This document shows, one piece after another, positions 17,115 through 27,498 of a stretch of 64,000 nucleotides of DNA. This DNA is from Candidatus Omnitrophota bacterium (GTDB lineage: Bacteria; Omnitrophota; Gorgyraeia; Gygaellales; JAQTUX01). The DNA lies in assembly GCA_028707125.1 (NCBI GenBank), contig JAQTUX010000001.1:269639-333638 (forward strand), given 5' to 3'. The translations under genes and the position numbers were made by a program. The notes beneath the pieces are model-generated. The model searched no databases and was not told the DNA's origin. It worked only from the letters and a program-made list of their open reading frames with translations. Each line of letters begins with the position of its first letter. The first letter of the stretch is position 1.

Positions 17115-18169
17115 TGGAAAAGCTGAAGCCCGGGTTCTGCTGCCCCGGGATAACCGATGACTGCATGCTGCGCTGCCGGATGTGCGACAAATGGAAGGCG
17201 GACAAGAACACCTACGGCAGGCCGCGCCCCACGCTCGAAGAGTGGAAGAGGGCGGCCACGCAGCTCAGGGAGCTGGTGGACGAGGGATTTGAGATAGATA
17301 TTGGTGGAGGAGAAGCCCTGCTGGTGGACTGGCTCTGGAGTTTTGTGCGGCATTGCGCGGACAGCGGTTTCAGGGCGACCATAGCCAGCAACGGATACCT
17401 GGTTGACGAGGAGATGGCCAGGAAGATCGCCGGCTCCGGGCTTTCCAGCATCATCTTTTCTTTGGACAGCTTGGACCACCGGGTCCATGATTATTGGCGC
17501 GGCAGGCAGGGCGTCTATGACCGGGTGATGCGGGCTATTGAGAATGTGGCGCGCTTTGCCCCTGATGTGCACATAGGCATTTGCAGCATCATAATGGAAA
17601 ATACCCTGGCAGGAATGGTCAAGCTGGCTAAATGGGTAAACAAGGACCCGCGGCTTAAATCGGCCTATTATATGGTGCCGATGCAGCCCAACAATACTTA
17701 CTGGGGCAAGGATGGTTTTGATAAATACTGGTTTAAGTCAAAGGAATACGGATTCTATTGGCCGCAGAATACCGCTAAGGTATTAAAGGTCATAGATGAG
17801 CTTATCCGCAGGCGCCGGGCAGGAGAGTTGATCGGGAATACCGTTGTCCAGCTTGAGGCCTATAAGAATTATCTGGCGCATCCGGAGCGTTTCGTGAAAA
17901 CCGCCCCCTGTAATCTTGACCGCGCCCTGCACATCAGTTCTGTGGGAGATATATTTTTATGTTATAACTGGCCGTCCCTGGGCAACATCAGGAATAAGGA
18001 AGACGACCTGCGCGAGATCTGGTTCTCGGAAAAGGCCGAGGCAGCAAGAAAGAATATCAGGGAATGCAGGGAAAACTGTCATTTCCTGTTGAACTGTTTC
18101 TTTGAAGGGGATTACCCCTTTACCACGGTGGATGAACATAAGCAGGCGTCAATTTTAGAAAAGACATGA
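17114..18169 (+). CDS. Small MoaA/twitch-like radical SAM paralog 1
   Basis: PGFCCPGITDDCMLRCRMCDKW; IGGGEALL; ASNGYLVDEEMARKIAGSGL; FSLDSLDHRVHDYWRGRQG; C-terminal CRENCHFLLNC. Confidence 0.8.
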   Translation: MEKLKPGFCCPGITDDCMLRCRMCDKWKADKNTYGRPRPTLEEWKRAATQLRELVDEGFEIDIGGGEALLVDWLWSFVRHCADSGFRATIASNGYLVDEEMARKIAGSGLSSIIFSLDSLDHRVHDYWRGRQGVYDRVMRAIENVARFAPDVHIGICSIIMENTLAGMVKLAKWVNKDPRLKSAYYMVPMQPNNTYWGKDGFDKYWFKSKEYGFYWPQNTAKVLKVIDELIRRRRAGELIGNTVVQLEAYKNYLAHPERFVKTAPCNLDRALHISSVGDIFLCYNWPSLGNIRNKEDDLREIWFSEKAEAARKNIRECRENCHFLLNCFFEGDYPFTTVDEHKQASILEKT

Positions 18170-19176
18170 TCGTGAAGCCGAAATTCTGCTGCGTGGCGGC
18201 TACGGATTACTGTATGCTGCGCTGTAAAATGTGCAATAAATGGCAGGAGAGGTCCCCCCGGCCCGACGAGGTCCCTTCCCTGGATGAGTGGAAGAACTTT
18301 ATCGCCGCTTTCAGGGAGCTGGTGGACGAGGGTTTTGAGATGGATTTCGGCGGCGGCGAGGCGTTGTCGCTGCCGGGCATCCTGGAACTTGTAAAATTCG
18401 CCAAGGGCAGGGGCTTCCGTACCACCCTTGCCTCCAATGGCTATCTTATAGATAAAGAGATGTCCAGAAGGATAGCCGACTCCGGCCTTGATGCGGTCAG
18501 CCTGTCTCTGGACAGCCCTTATCCTGAAGTCCACGATAAGATGCGCGGCGTAGAAGGTGTTTATCAGCGCGTAATGGCCGCGCTGGATAATCTCTCTTTA
18601 TATTCCCCTTCAACCAGAAAGGGCCTTTGCTGCATAATTATGAATGAAAATATGGACAGTTTGATACGGCTGGCTGATATGGCTGATAAAGACCCCCGCG
18701 TTGACTGGCTTTATTTTATGTCGGTGGTCCAGCCCAATTACAGCGGCCCGCTGGACAGCGCCTGGCGCGATGAATACAGCTATCTTTGGCCGCGGGATAC
18801 CAGGCGGCTGCAAGACATAATAGATGAGTTGATACGCAGGAAGGCTGACGGCTCAAAGGTGAGCAACCGGCCCGAGCACCTGCGCGCCTACAAGGCCTAT
18901 TTCGCCGACCCAAAGACGTTTGTGAACAAGGCGAAGTGTATCGTGGGCGGGGCGGCGATAAGTGTGAATACCTACGGCTTCATTCAGCTTTGTTTTTTCA
19001 TGGATTTTATCGGCAACATCAGGAAGGATGATATCCGCAAACTCTGGTATTCTCAGGGCGCGGAGTCGGTAAGAGGCAAGGTAGGCGCCTGCAAGGCCAA
19101 TTGCCATCTGCTTCTTAATTGCTGTTATATAGAAGACGATCCCGAGTTATATTCCGTAAATAATGAAAGCCGTTAG
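18166..19176 (+). CDS. Small MoaA/twitch-like radical SAM paralog 2
   Basis: PKFCCVAATDYCMLRCKMCNKW; GGGEALSLP; ASNGYLIDKEMSRRIADSGL; C-terminal CKANCHLLLNC. Confidence 0.8.
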   Translation: MIVKPKFCCVAATDYCMLRCKMCNKWQERSPRPDEVPSLDEWKNFIAAFRELVDEGFEMDFGGGEALSLPGILELVKFAKGRGFRTTLASNGYLIDKEMSRRIADSGLDAVSLSLDSPYPEVHDKMRGVEGVYQRVMAALDNLSLYSPSTRKGLCCIIMNENMDSLIRLADMADKDPRVDWLYFMSVVQPNYSGPLDSAWRDEYSYLWPRDTRRLQDIIDELIRRKADGSKVSNRPEHLRAYKAYFADPKTFVNKAKCIVGGAAISVNTYGFIQLCFFMDFIGNIRKDDIRKLWYSQGAESVRGKVGACKANCHLLLNCCYIEDDPELYSVNNESR

Positions 19177-20449
19177 ATTCTGGCTTGTGTCGCTATTTGC
19201 CGCCGCCGTATTGCTGGAGGCGGTATTAAGGGTTTCCGGGTCCGCGTATGCCGGGGCTCATTGGTTGAGGCAGGGCCTGTCAAGAGGCAGCCAGGGCAGG
19301 CCTTTTACCGTACTTTGCCTTGGTGATTCTTTTACCTTCGGCGTAGGCGCCGCCGCCAAAGACAGCTATCCGGCGCAATTGCAGCGGATGCTGCAGGGCA
19401 ACGGAGAGAAAGGATTCCTGATAATTAACGGCGGACGGCTGGCGAATACTTCTTCTCTGCTCCTGGAAAATCTGCGCTCCGACCTGGATACTTACAGGCC
19501 GGACTTGCTGGTGATCATGGTCGGCTGTAATAATTATTGGAATCTCCGCGGCAGCAGCTATTTCCATCTCAAGGGCGAAGGCGCGGGATTCCGGCAGAAA
19601 CTGGACAGCGTAATGAGCAACCTGCGTTTCTACCAGGCATGTAAGATAGGTTATTTGAATCTGAAGTCAAGATTGAATAACCGGCGCAGGCAGCCGGATA
19701 TTGCCGGCGTCCCCGATATGAAGGCGCGGCGGATAGACCCTGACGCTGACCGGCTGGTGGTGGAAGCGCAGAAGCTATACGAAACAGGCGAGTACGCGCT
19801 TTCAAGAGAAAAGTTGGACGAGGCGCTGGCGAGGGACGAATTCAGCCACCGCGCCCATTTCTTGTCGGCCATGCTGCTGAATATAGAAGGCAATGATACG
19901 GCGGCAAGGGATGAGCTCTGGCGGTCTCTTCAGGCGGCCAGGGAAACCGGCGAATGGGACGGCGGTTTCTTTTGCAATATTATTAATATTTGTTTACGGA
20001 TTGAGAAAGACATCCCCGCGCAGCGAAGGCAGTTGTCAAAGATGAGGGAGTTCGCGGCGCTGCACGCGCCGCCCGATAAGAAACAGGATATCCTTTCGCT
20101 CTTGGACGCGAAGGCAGGGCTGTTGGATGATAATAGCGATATGTATGAGGTCGCGAGGTTTGATATCGGACGGGTCGCCGGCCTGGCAAGGCAGCGTGGC
20201 TGCGCGGTCATACTCCAGACATACCCGGCAAAAAGCGATCTGAATTCAATGTTAAGACGGGTGAGCAAAGAATACGGCCTTGTTCTGGCAGATAATGAAT
20301 TATTCTTTGAAGAGAGAGGCAGAGAAGGCCCGTTAGGGGATCTTTTCGTGGCTGACGGCCACTGTTCAGCTGCCGGGTATAATTTGATCGCCGCAAACGT
20401 CTACGCGGCATTAGCCGATAATGGCTATATCAAAAATGCGAAAAGATAA
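19163..20449 (+). CDS. Membrane-anchored SGNH/GDSL-family hydrolase with inserted TPR-like helical domain (paralog 1)
   Basis: N-terminal TM helix. Block I LCLGDSFTFGVGAA; block III LLVIMVGCNNYWN; block V FVADGHCSAAGY. Central helical region with TPR-like periodicity. Confidence 0.7.
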   Translation: MKAVRFWLVSLFAAAVLLEAVLRVSGSAYAGAHWLRQGLSRGSQGRPFTVLCLGDSFTFGVGAAAKDSYPAQLQRMLQGNGEKGFLIINGGRLANTSSLLLENLRSDLDTYRPDLLVIMVGCNNYWNLRGSSYFHLKGEGAGFRQKLDSVMSNLRFYQACKIGYLNLKSRLNNRRRQPDIAGVPDMKARRIDPDADRLVVEAQKLYETGEYALSREKLDEALARDEFSHRAHFLSAMLLNIEGNDTAARDELWRSLQAARETGEWDGGFFCNIINICLRIEKDIPAQRRQLSKMREFAALHAPPDKKQDILSLLDAKAGLLDDNSDMYEVARFDIGRVAGLARQRGCAVILQTYPAKSDLNSMLRRVSKEYGLVLADNELFFEERGREGPLGDLFVADGHCSAAGYNLIAANVYAALADNGYIKNAKR

Positions 20450-21443
20450 TACCGCCTGCGTTCCACGTTATTGCTGCTGGGTGATAAATTACCGCTGTAT
20501 GCTCAGGTGCAAGATGTGCCATATCTGGAATACCGATTATGATCCGGCGCAGGAAACGACCATGGAGCAGAAGAAGCGGCTGGTGAGCTCGTTGAAGGGC
20601 GTGGTGGAGCCGGGTTTTGAATTTCATCTTTCAGGGGGCGAGCCCTTGATCAGCGAAGGCATACTGGAGCTGGTGGATTTTATCGCCGATCAGGGCTATA
20701 AGACAAACCTGGTTACCAACGCCTTCCTCATTGACGAGAGAATGGCGCGGGATATTGCCGCGTCTTCTCTGGGGACCCTGACCATTTCCCTGGACGGGAT
20801 AAAAGCCGAGACGCACGATTTTATCAGGGGCGTAAACGGCAGTTACGAGAGGATAATGAAGGCGATCGGATATGTTGATAAATTCAGGAAAGGCGATGCG
20901 CCGCGCATTTCTATCCTGACCACAATTATGGAGCGCAATATTGATGAGCTTTTGCGATTAGCGGATTGGGTGCAGAGCGACAGGCGGCTGGAGATGATCA
21001 GCTTTCAGGCCATAACCCAGCCGTTCTGCGAGGAGGCGGATCAGGCCTGGTTTACAAGGGAGAAAAACCGCGCGCTCTGGCCGCAGGACGCGGAAAAGAC
21101 AGCGGCCGTTATGGATAAATTGGAGCAGCTGAAGCGGCAGGGCCGCAAGATCGGCAACCACCCGGACCACTTCCGCCATTTCGGGGAATATTTCAGATCG
21201 CCCGATACGTTCTTGAAGAAGATAAAATGCAACCTCGGCGATTATGAGTTCCACATTGACCCATACGGCAAGGTCTTCTTCTGTTGCCTGGTTGAACCCA
21301 TCGGCAATATCAAGTCAGACGATACGGCGAATATCTGGTTTACTCCCAATACCGCCAGGATCAGGCAGGAGGTTTATAACTGCCGTCGTAATTGCCATAT
21401 CATGATCAACTGTTTCTATGAAGAAGAGAAATCCGCTGCTTGA
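20421..21443 (+). CDS. Small MoaA/twitch-like radical SAM paralog 3
   Basis: PRYCCWVINYRCMLRCKMCHIW; LSGGEPLI; VTNAFLIDERMARDIAASSL; ISLDGIKAETHDFIRGVNG; CRRNCHIMINC. Confidence 0.8.
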   Translation: MAISKMRKDNTACVPRYCCWVINYRCMLRCKMCHIWNTDYDPAQETTMEQKKRLVSSLKGVVEPGFEFHLSGGEPLISEGILELVDFIADQGYKTNLVTNAFLIDERMARDIAASSLGTLTISLDGIKAETHDFIRGVNGSYERIMKAIGYVDKFRKGDAPRISILTTIMERNIDELLRLADWVQSDRRLEMISFQAITQPFCEEADQAWFTREKNRALWPQDAEKTAAVMDKLEQLKRQGRKIGNHPDHFRHFGEYFRSPDTFLKKIKCNLGDYEFHIDPYGKVFFCCLVEPIGNIKSDDTANIWFTPNTARIRQEVYNCRRNCHIMINCFYEEEKSAA

Positions 21444-22488
21444 TTTATTATTTCCGGGAAAGATGAGGCCTGCTCCGGCATTCTGCCTTCTGGTCGTCTC
21501 CAAGGCATGCACGTTCAGATGCAAGATGTGCAATATGTGGAAGAGCGCTGGGCGCAAGATAGACAGGAAGGAGCTTACGCTTGATGAGATAAAGGGCTTT
21601 GTGGATGACCTGAGGAATGTCACCACCGAGCCGATATTTATCCACCTCATCGGAGGCGAGGCGTTGTTGAGGAAAGACCTGATGGAGATCATCGCCTACA
21701 TCAGGAAAAGGGGATTCAACGCCTCTATCACGACAAACGGATATTATATAGACGAGGAGATGGCCGGGAGGATCGTGGCCTCGGGCCTTACCGGCATATT
21801 CCTATCCCTGGACGGTTATAAGGAACAGACCCATGATTATCTCCGCGGAGTTGAAGGCAGCTACAAAAAGGTGATGGATGCCATAGAGCTGCTGGACCGG
21901 TATCGCGGGACCGATAAGTCCAACCGGCTGAGTATAGGGATCACCACGACGTTGATGAATAGAAATCTGGATGAGGCGCTTGATCTGGAGCGATGGGCAA
22001 ACGCCAACGACAAGATAAACGATTTTTTCATCAACGCCTGCCTGCAGCCGTTTGACTGCGACGGCTATGAGCGCGACTGGTATAAGAACAGCAAGAACAG
22101 CGATGTCTGGCCGCAGGATATAGCTAATGCCTGCGATGTCCTGGAAGAGTTGGCGCTGCTTAAGGAAAAAGGGCATAAGATCTGCAACCCCCCTGAACAG
22201 CTGCGCCTGGTAAAGGAGTACTTCCGCAATCCCTACAGGTTCATTCACGACAGCCGGCTGAAATGCCCGAGGGGAGACCTGGCGCCGGAGATAAACGCCT
22301 ACGGAGACATAAATATGTGTTTTTATATGGAGCCGCTCGCCAACATCAGGGACAGGAAATTTTCCGAGGTCTGGTCTTCCCGGATGATGGATAAGGCCAG
22401 AGAAGAGATCAACAGCTGCAAAAAGGACTGCGATATCGTAGTCAACTGTTTCTACAAAATAGAGAATATAGCCGATAGCCGTGCTTAA
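21418..22488 (+). CDS. Small MoaA/twitch-like radical SAM paralog 4
   Basis: PAFCLLVVSKACTFRCKMCNMW; IGGEALL; TTNGYYIDEEMAGRIVASGL; LSLDGYKEQTHDYLRGVEG; CKKDCDIVVNC. Confidence 0.8.
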   Translation: MKKRNPLLDLLFPGKMRPAPAFCLLVVSKACTFRCKMCNMWKSAGRKIDRKELTLDEIKGFVDDLRNVTTEPIFIHLIGGEALLRKDLMEIIAYIRKRGFNASITTNGYYIDEEMAGRIVASGLTGIFLSLDGYKEQTHDYLRGVEGSYKKVMDAIELLDRYRGTDKSNRLSIGITTTLMNRNLDEALDLERWANANDKINDFFINACLQPFDCDGYERDWYKNSKNSDVWPQDIANACDVLEELALLKEKGHKICNPPEQLRLVKEYFRNPYRFIHDSRLKCPRGDLAPEINAYGDINMCFYMEPLANIRDRKFSEVWSSRMMDKAREEINSCKKDCDIVVNCFYKIENIADSRA

Positions 22489-23479
22489 TAAGAAAGAGAA
22501 AATAGCCGCGCCAAGGACCTGCCTTCTGACGGTCACCAACCAATGCTGCCTGCGCTGCCGTATGTGCCGGCTTTGGAAGCTGGATACCATAAAAGACGAA
22601 GTAAACATTGAGGATTGCCGAAAATTCGTTGATGCGCTAGGCGGCTTCGGCCCGGGCCCCATGGAGGTGCACCTTATCGGCGGAGAGGCGCTGACCAAAA
22701 ATGGCATATTTGATCTTATCCGGCATATCAGCGCCAAAGGGTGGCGCACTGTAATGACCTCTTCAGGATATACCATAGACGAGCCGACAGCGCGGGCGCT
22801 GGTTGAGGCGGGCTTAAGCATGTTGAACTTGTCGCTGGAGAGTATGGATCCTTCGGTCCACGACCACTTAAGGGGGCAGGGCGGTTGTTTCAGCCGCCTT
22901 ATGGAGGCGATCCGGCATCTGGGCAGGCATAAGAATGATTCTTTTAAGCTGGGCATTAATTCCGTTATTTCCGCGGCCAATCTGGAAGATATCGCTGAGT
23001 TAGCAGAGTGGGTGCAGGGTAACGACATCCTGGATTCCATTTATTTTATGGCGGTTATGCGGCCTTTCGGCTCAGGGGCGGATTGGGATTGGTTTAAGCA
23101 GGAGGAATACCGCCATTTGTGGCCTTCAGACCCGGCAGGCGCAGGTCGCGTTCTGGACCGGCTTATCCGTTTAAAGGAAGGCGGCTCCTCTAAAATAGAA
23201 AATCCCGCCGGACAGCTGGAGTCGTTTAAGTCATATTTCCGCGACCCGTCCCATTTTATAAGATCCAACCGCTGCAATGTTTCGGAACAGGCGGTTAACG
23301 TCAACGCAGTAGGCGATATGTATATCTGTTTCTTCATGGAAAAACTCGGCAATATCAGGACCGACAACGTCGTTGAACTCTGGTATTCGGAAAAGGCCGA
23401 TGAGATACGCAGAAAGATGCGCGCCTGCAGGAGCAACTGCGAGCTGGTAGTGAACTGCTATTATGAAAATGAGCGTTAA
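22481..23479 (+). CDS. Small MoaA/twitch-like radical SAM paralog 5
   Basis: PRTCLLTVTNQCCLRCRMCRLW; IGGEALT; LSLESMDPSVHDHLRGQGG; CRSNCELVVNC. Confidence 0.8.
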   Translation: MLNKKEKIAAPRTCLLTVTNQCCLRCRMCRLWKLDTIKDEVNIEDCRKFVDALGGFGPGPMEVHLIGGEALTKNGIFDLIRHISAKGWRTVMTSSGYTIDEPTARALVEAGLSMLNLSLESMDPSVHDHLRGQGGCFSRLMEAIRHLGRHKNDSFKLGINSVISAANLEDIAELAEWVQGNDILDSIYFMAVMRPFGSGADWDWFKQEEYRHLWPSDPAGAGRVLDRLIRLKEGGSSKIENPAGQLESFKSYFRDPSHFIRSNRCNVSEQAVNVNAVGDMYICFFMEKLGNIRTDNVVELWYSEKADEIRRKMRACRSNCELVVNCYYENER

Positions 23480-24455
23480 AAAACCGGATTCCTGCTCCAT
23501 AGTCCTTCTTACAAATTGTCTCCTGAAGTGCAGGATGTGCCGGATGTGGAAGTCAACTGATGATCCGATGCGGGTCTCCACACAGCAGTGGAAGGCGTTT
23601 ATAAGTTCGCTTGACGGCCTGCTGGGAGGCCCGCGGGAACTTGTTTTCAGCGGAGGCGAGCCGCTGCTCAGGAAGGACATCCTGGAACTGATCAGGTTCG
23701 GGACGGACAAGGGCTTTAAGACGCTTATGCCTTCCAACGGCTATCTTATAGACGGGGATATGGCAAGGCGCATAGCCGATTCCGGCCTGAAAGAGATATT
23801 TATCTCGCTGGACAGCGTTGATCATGAAACGCACGACTTTTTAAGGGGCGTTGACGGCGCGCACAAAAGGGCGATGTCGGCATTTGACAATCTGCGCAAG
23901 CACTGCCCCGGCCTGAAAATAGGGATAATAACGGTGATATCGGGGCGCAATTATGCCGAAGTTGCCGGGGTGGCCAGATGGGTAAAGGATACCGGTTTTA
24001 TAAGCGGCGTATATTTTCAGGCCGTCGCAAAGCCGTTTTTTGCCACGTTAGGCGATGATTGGTACAGGCAGGAGCCCTACGCGTTACTCTGGCCCGGGGA
24101 TACCGCGAAGATGCTTTCCGCCATCGACGAGCTTATAGCGATGAGAAAATCGGGTTTTCCCATCCATAATTTCCCGCTTCAGCTGGAGATATTCAAGGCG
24201 TATTTTCAGGACCCGCAGAAACGCGCCAGAAGGTCAAGGTGTTATGCCGGCGACTATGTGGTCAATCTTAATCCCGCGGGAGACATATCTCTGTGCTGCT
24301 TTATGGAGCCGTTGGGCAATATAAGCAGCGACGACATCGGAGAGTTATGGTTTTCCCAAAAGGCGCAGGGTATGAGGCAGAGGATGCGTGAATGCGATGT
24401 CAATTGCAATAACATGGTAAATTGTTTCTTTAAAGAAGACGAGGAGGCCGGATGA
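23463..24455 (+). CDS. Small MoaA/twitch-like radical SAM paralog 6
   Basis: PDSCSIVLLTNCLLKCRMCRMW; SGGEPLL; PSNGYLIDGDMARRIADSGL; ISLDSVDHETHDFLRGVDG; CDVNCNNMVNC. Confidence 0.8.
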   Translation: MKMSVKKPDSCSIVLLTNCLLKCRMCRMWKSTDDPMRVSTQQWKAFISSLDGLLGGPRELVFSGGEPLLRKDILELIRFGTDKGFKTLMPSNGYLIDGDMARRIADSGLKEIFISLDSVDHETHDFLRGVDGAHKRAMSAFDNLRKHCPGLKIGIITVISGRNYAEVAGVARWVKDTGFISGVYFQAVAKPFFATLGDDWYRQEPYALLWPGDTAKMLSAIDELIAMRKSGFPIHNFPLQLEIFKAYFQDPQKRARRSRCYAGDYVVNLNPAGDISLCCFMEPLGNISSDDIGELWFSQKAQGMRQRMRECDVNCNNMVNCFFKEDEEAG

Positions 24456-25522
24456 AGCCGGGCAGCAGGGATTCTTTTTTCAGCCGGCTTAAGGAGCGGA
24501 TAGAAAAGACCGGCTCAGGAACGGGCAAGCCGTTTTTCTGCGACTTATTGATCTCGGAAAAATGCAATTCCCGCTGCAGGACATGTTATTTCTGGAAGAA
24601 TGGCATAGAGGAGCGTTTGACGCTTGAGGAATGCAAGGGCTTTATCAGCGGCTTGAGCGGCCTGGCGGCGGCGCCTTTTGAGATAAACCTGGGAGGCGGC
24701 GAACCGCTGTTGAATGAAGGCATTCTGGAGCTGGTTAAGCATTGCCGCCGGCTTGGTTTGCAGCCGACAATATCCACTAACGCGATGTTGATAGACGGAG
24801 ATATGGCCAGAAGGTTGTCGGAGAGCGGGCTGCACAGATTAAGCCTGTCCTTAAAGGGATTTAGTGAAAAGACGCACGATTTTCTCACTGGCGTAGACGG
24901 CTCATACCGTAAGTTTATGGCCGCGCTTGAACACCTGAGGCGGTATTGGCGGGGCAAGGATCTAAATATCCATACAATTATATTGGAACAGAATCTTGAT
25001 GAAATAATCGGGCTTACGGAATGGGTAAATAAAGACGATCTTTTTACCGGCATAGCTTTCCAGGCGCTTTCCCAGCCCTTCCGCACTGATCAGGTTGATA
25101 ACTGGCATACAGGCGGTGAATACAGCTATCTCTGGCCCGGGGACAGCCATAAAGTCAATTCCGTGTTAGACGCGTTAGTAGAATTTAAGTCGTCGGGTTA
25201 CCGCATCCTGAACCCGCTGCCTCAACTGCTGATCTATAAGAGGTATTATCAGGATCCCGGGGCATTCGCCCGGGTGCACCGTTGTAATTCCGGTGATTAT
25301 ATTTTTAATGTCAACGTGCTGGGGCTGGTGCATCTTTGCTGCTTTATGCAGCCCATCGGAAATATAAATAAGAGCGATATTAAGGCGATATGGCATTCCA
25401 GAGAGGCGGCCTCAACAAGAGAGGCGATGCATAACTGCCAGAAGAGCTGTAACAACATCTTGAACTGTTATTTTCAGGAAGAAGGCGATGAAGGCGCGGG
25501 AAGCGACGCTGAAAAGCTGTGA
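24452..25522 (+). CDS. Small MoaA/twitch-like radical SAM paralog 7
   Basis: PFFCDLLISEKCNSRCRTCYFW; LGGGEPLL; CQKSCNNILNC. Confidence 0.8.
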   Translation: MKPGSRDSFFSRLKERIEKTGSGTGKPFFCDLLISEKCNSRCRTCYFWKNGIEERLTLEECKGFISGLSGLAAAPFEINLGGGEPLLNEGILELVKHCRRLGLQPTISTNAMLIDGDMARRLSESGLHRLSLSLKGFSEKTHDFLTGVDGSYRKFMAALEHLRRYWRGKDLNIHTIILEQNLDEIIGLTEWVNKDDLFTGIAFQALSQPFRTDQVDNWHTGGEYSYLWPGDSHKVNSVLDALVEFKSSGYRILNPLPQLLIYKRYYQDPGAFARVHRCNSGDYIFNVNVLGLVHLCCFMQPIGNINKSDIKAIWHSREAASTREAMHNCQKSCNNILNCYFQEEGDEGAGSDAEKL

Positions 25523-26531
25523 TCTGATACTTACGCATTGCTGCAACTTGCGGTGCAAGATGTGCTATTTATGGGACCGCCGTGAGTACGGCAATAAAGA
25601 AGGGCAGTTGGGCTTAGAAGAGTGGAAACGTTTCATCGATGCCCTTGTCCCCTTTTCCGGAAAGGAGCCGATACGCCTGCATTTCGGGGGCGGTGAGCCA
25701 TTTTTGAAAAAAGGTATTTTAGGCCTTGTAAAACACAGCAGCCGGAGGGGATTTACCACGATGACCACCTCCAACGGGTTCCTGCTTGATAAGGGAATGG
25801 CGCGTAAAATAGCCGATTCGGGGTTGTCGCATATAACCCTGTCTTTAGACAGCATGGATGAGCGGGTCCATGACTATATACGCGGGACCAGGGGCAGCCA
25901 TTCCAGGGTCTTGAGGGCGATCGATGTGCTTAGCAGGCAACGCGGGCGCCCGACTATCGGGATAAATTGCATAATTTCGGACATAACACTGGATAGCGTC
26001 ATCCCTATGGCGGAATGGGCCATCAATGACGACAGGATTTCCGGCATTATATTCCAGGCGGTTGTCCAGCCGTATGAGACGGCGCCCGATGAGGCCTGGT
26101 ATGAACAGGAGAGGTTCGGGGAGCTTTGGCCTCGTGACGGCGGGAAGGTCGGCTCTGTGCTTGAAAAGCTTATCGCTTTAAAGATCCGGGCGCGCGCGGA
26201 TAGAGGCATAGGCGGGGGCGACGGCGATAAGATAAGCAATCCCGTATCCCAGATATCCGCTTTCGCAGAGTATTTCCGCCATCCACGGGAGTTTATACAC
26301 AACAGGCCCTGTCCGCTGGATAGTTCTTCGCTGCTTGTGAATTGGTCCGGGGAGCTGCATTTATGCGGAATGCTGCAGCCGGTGGGCAACGTCAGGCGCC
26401 TTGACCTGAAAGATATTTTGTTCTCAGGGGCGGCCTCGGAAAGGCGGGAGGAGATAAGGTCATGCCGCAGGGGCTGCAATAATAAGGTCAATTGTTTTTT
26501 TAAAGAGGCCGTTGCCGATGATGGAAATTAA
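25488..26531 (+). CDS. Small MoaA/twitch-like radical SAM paralog 8
   Basis: LKSCDLILTHCCNLRCKMCYLW; FGGGEPFL; LSLDSMDERVHDYIRGTRG; CRRGCNNKVNC. Confidence 0.8.
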   Translation: MKAREATLKSCDLILTHCCNLRCKMCYLWDRREYGNKEGQLGLEEWKRFIDALVPFSGKEPIRLHFGGGEPFLKKGILGLVKHSSRRGFTTMTTSNGFLLDKGMARKIADSGLSHITLSLDSMDERVHDYIRGTRGSHSRVLRAIDVLSRQRGRPTIGINCIISDITLDSVIPMAEWAINDDRISGIIFQAVVQPYETAPDEAWYEQERFGELWPRDGGKVGSVLEKLIALKIRARADRGIGGGDGDKISNPVSQISAFAEYFRHPREFIHNRPCPLDSSSLLVNWSGELHLCGMLQPVGNVRRLDLKDILFSGAASERREEIRSCRRGCNNKVNCFFKEAVADDGN

Positions 26532-27498
26532 AAAACCGATATTCTGCGATATAGGGATCACCGAAAGATGCATGTTCAGGTGCAGGATGTGCAGGTTCTG
26601 GGAGACAGCGGAGAACAGGCCGGAGCTCTCAGGCCGGCAGTGGATAGAGTTTATAGGGTCGCTTAAGGAATCCTGGGGAAACGATATCAGATTGCATTTT
26701 GCCGGAGGGGAGCCGTTATTAAAGGATGGTTTTCTGGATATATTGGACTTCGCCAATGATGCCGGCTTCAGGACTTTTATCGTGACCAATGGCTTTCTTA
26801 TGGATGAGAACATCGCCGGCCGGCTAACGCGTTCCGGCACGGAAGGCATCACGATCTCTCTGGATAGCCTGGACGCGCAAACACATGACTTCCTGAGGGG
26901 CACCAGAGGGGCCCATAGGCAGGCAATAACGGCGATCGGCCATTTAAGGGAAAAAGGCGCCAAAGGCATAACCGTACTCGCGGTGATCATGGGCTATAAT
27001 CTCGGCCATATAATAGAGCTTGCCGATTGGGCGCAGGCCAATGAGCATATAAGCTCCATATATTTCCAGGCGATATCGCAGCCCATTGCCACGGCTAAAG
27101 ACAGCCGGTGGTATGAGAAGGAAGAATTCAGCTGTCTCTGGCCCGGCGACCTGGCGCGCCTTGACTCCGTGATCGAGCGGCTGGCAGATTATAAAAGACG
27201 GGGGTATAAGATATCCAATTCAATAAGCCAATTGGAGATGTTCAAAACATATTTCCGGCAGCCTGAGAGGTTGTTTGAAGGCATGGTGTGCACACAGGGC
27301 GACTACGTGATCTATATCCGCCCCGGGGGCGATGTCCTGCTTTGCGGCTCTATGGCCCCCATCGGGAATGTGAGAGAAAACAGTATAAAAGACCTTTGGG
27401 ATTCCCCTGAGGCTTCCTTGAGGAGGGAGCAGATCCACAATTGCCAGGAGGCCTGCCTTAACGTGATAAATTGTTTCGTAGACAAAGATCTGCCTTAG
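26512..27498 (+). CDS. Small MoaA/twitch-like radical SAM paralog 9
   Basis: PIFCDIGITERCMFRCRMCRFW; AGGEPLL; ISLDSLDAQTHDFLRGTRG; CQEACLNVINC. Confidence 0.8.
   Translation: MPMMEIKKPIFCDIGITERCMFRCRMCRFWETAENRPELSGRQWIEFIGSLKESWGNDIRLHFAGGEPLLKDGFLDILDFANDAGFRTFIVTNGFLMDENIAGRLTRSGTEGITISLDSLDAQTHDFLRGTRGAHRQAITAIGHLREKGAKGITVLAVIMGYNLGHIIELADWAQANEHISSIYFQAISQPIATAKDSRWYEKEEFSCLWPGDLARLDSVIERLADYKRRGYKISNSISQLEMFKTYFRQPERLFEGMVCTQGDYVIYIRPGGDVLLCGSMAPIGNVRENSIKDLWDSPEASLRREQIHNCQEACLNVINCFVDKDLP

Noticed and set aside
21802-23040. 412-aa ORF on the minus strand (also 32854-33633, 36883-37659, 35875-36543, 26460-26990 and many 60-200-aa minus-strand ORFs)
   Set aside because: All lie antisense to + strand genes with unmistakable conserved domain motifs. 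Their translations are low-complexity (Ser/Pro/Arg-rich) with no recognisable motifs. They are typical shadow ORFs in GC-rich coding DNA.
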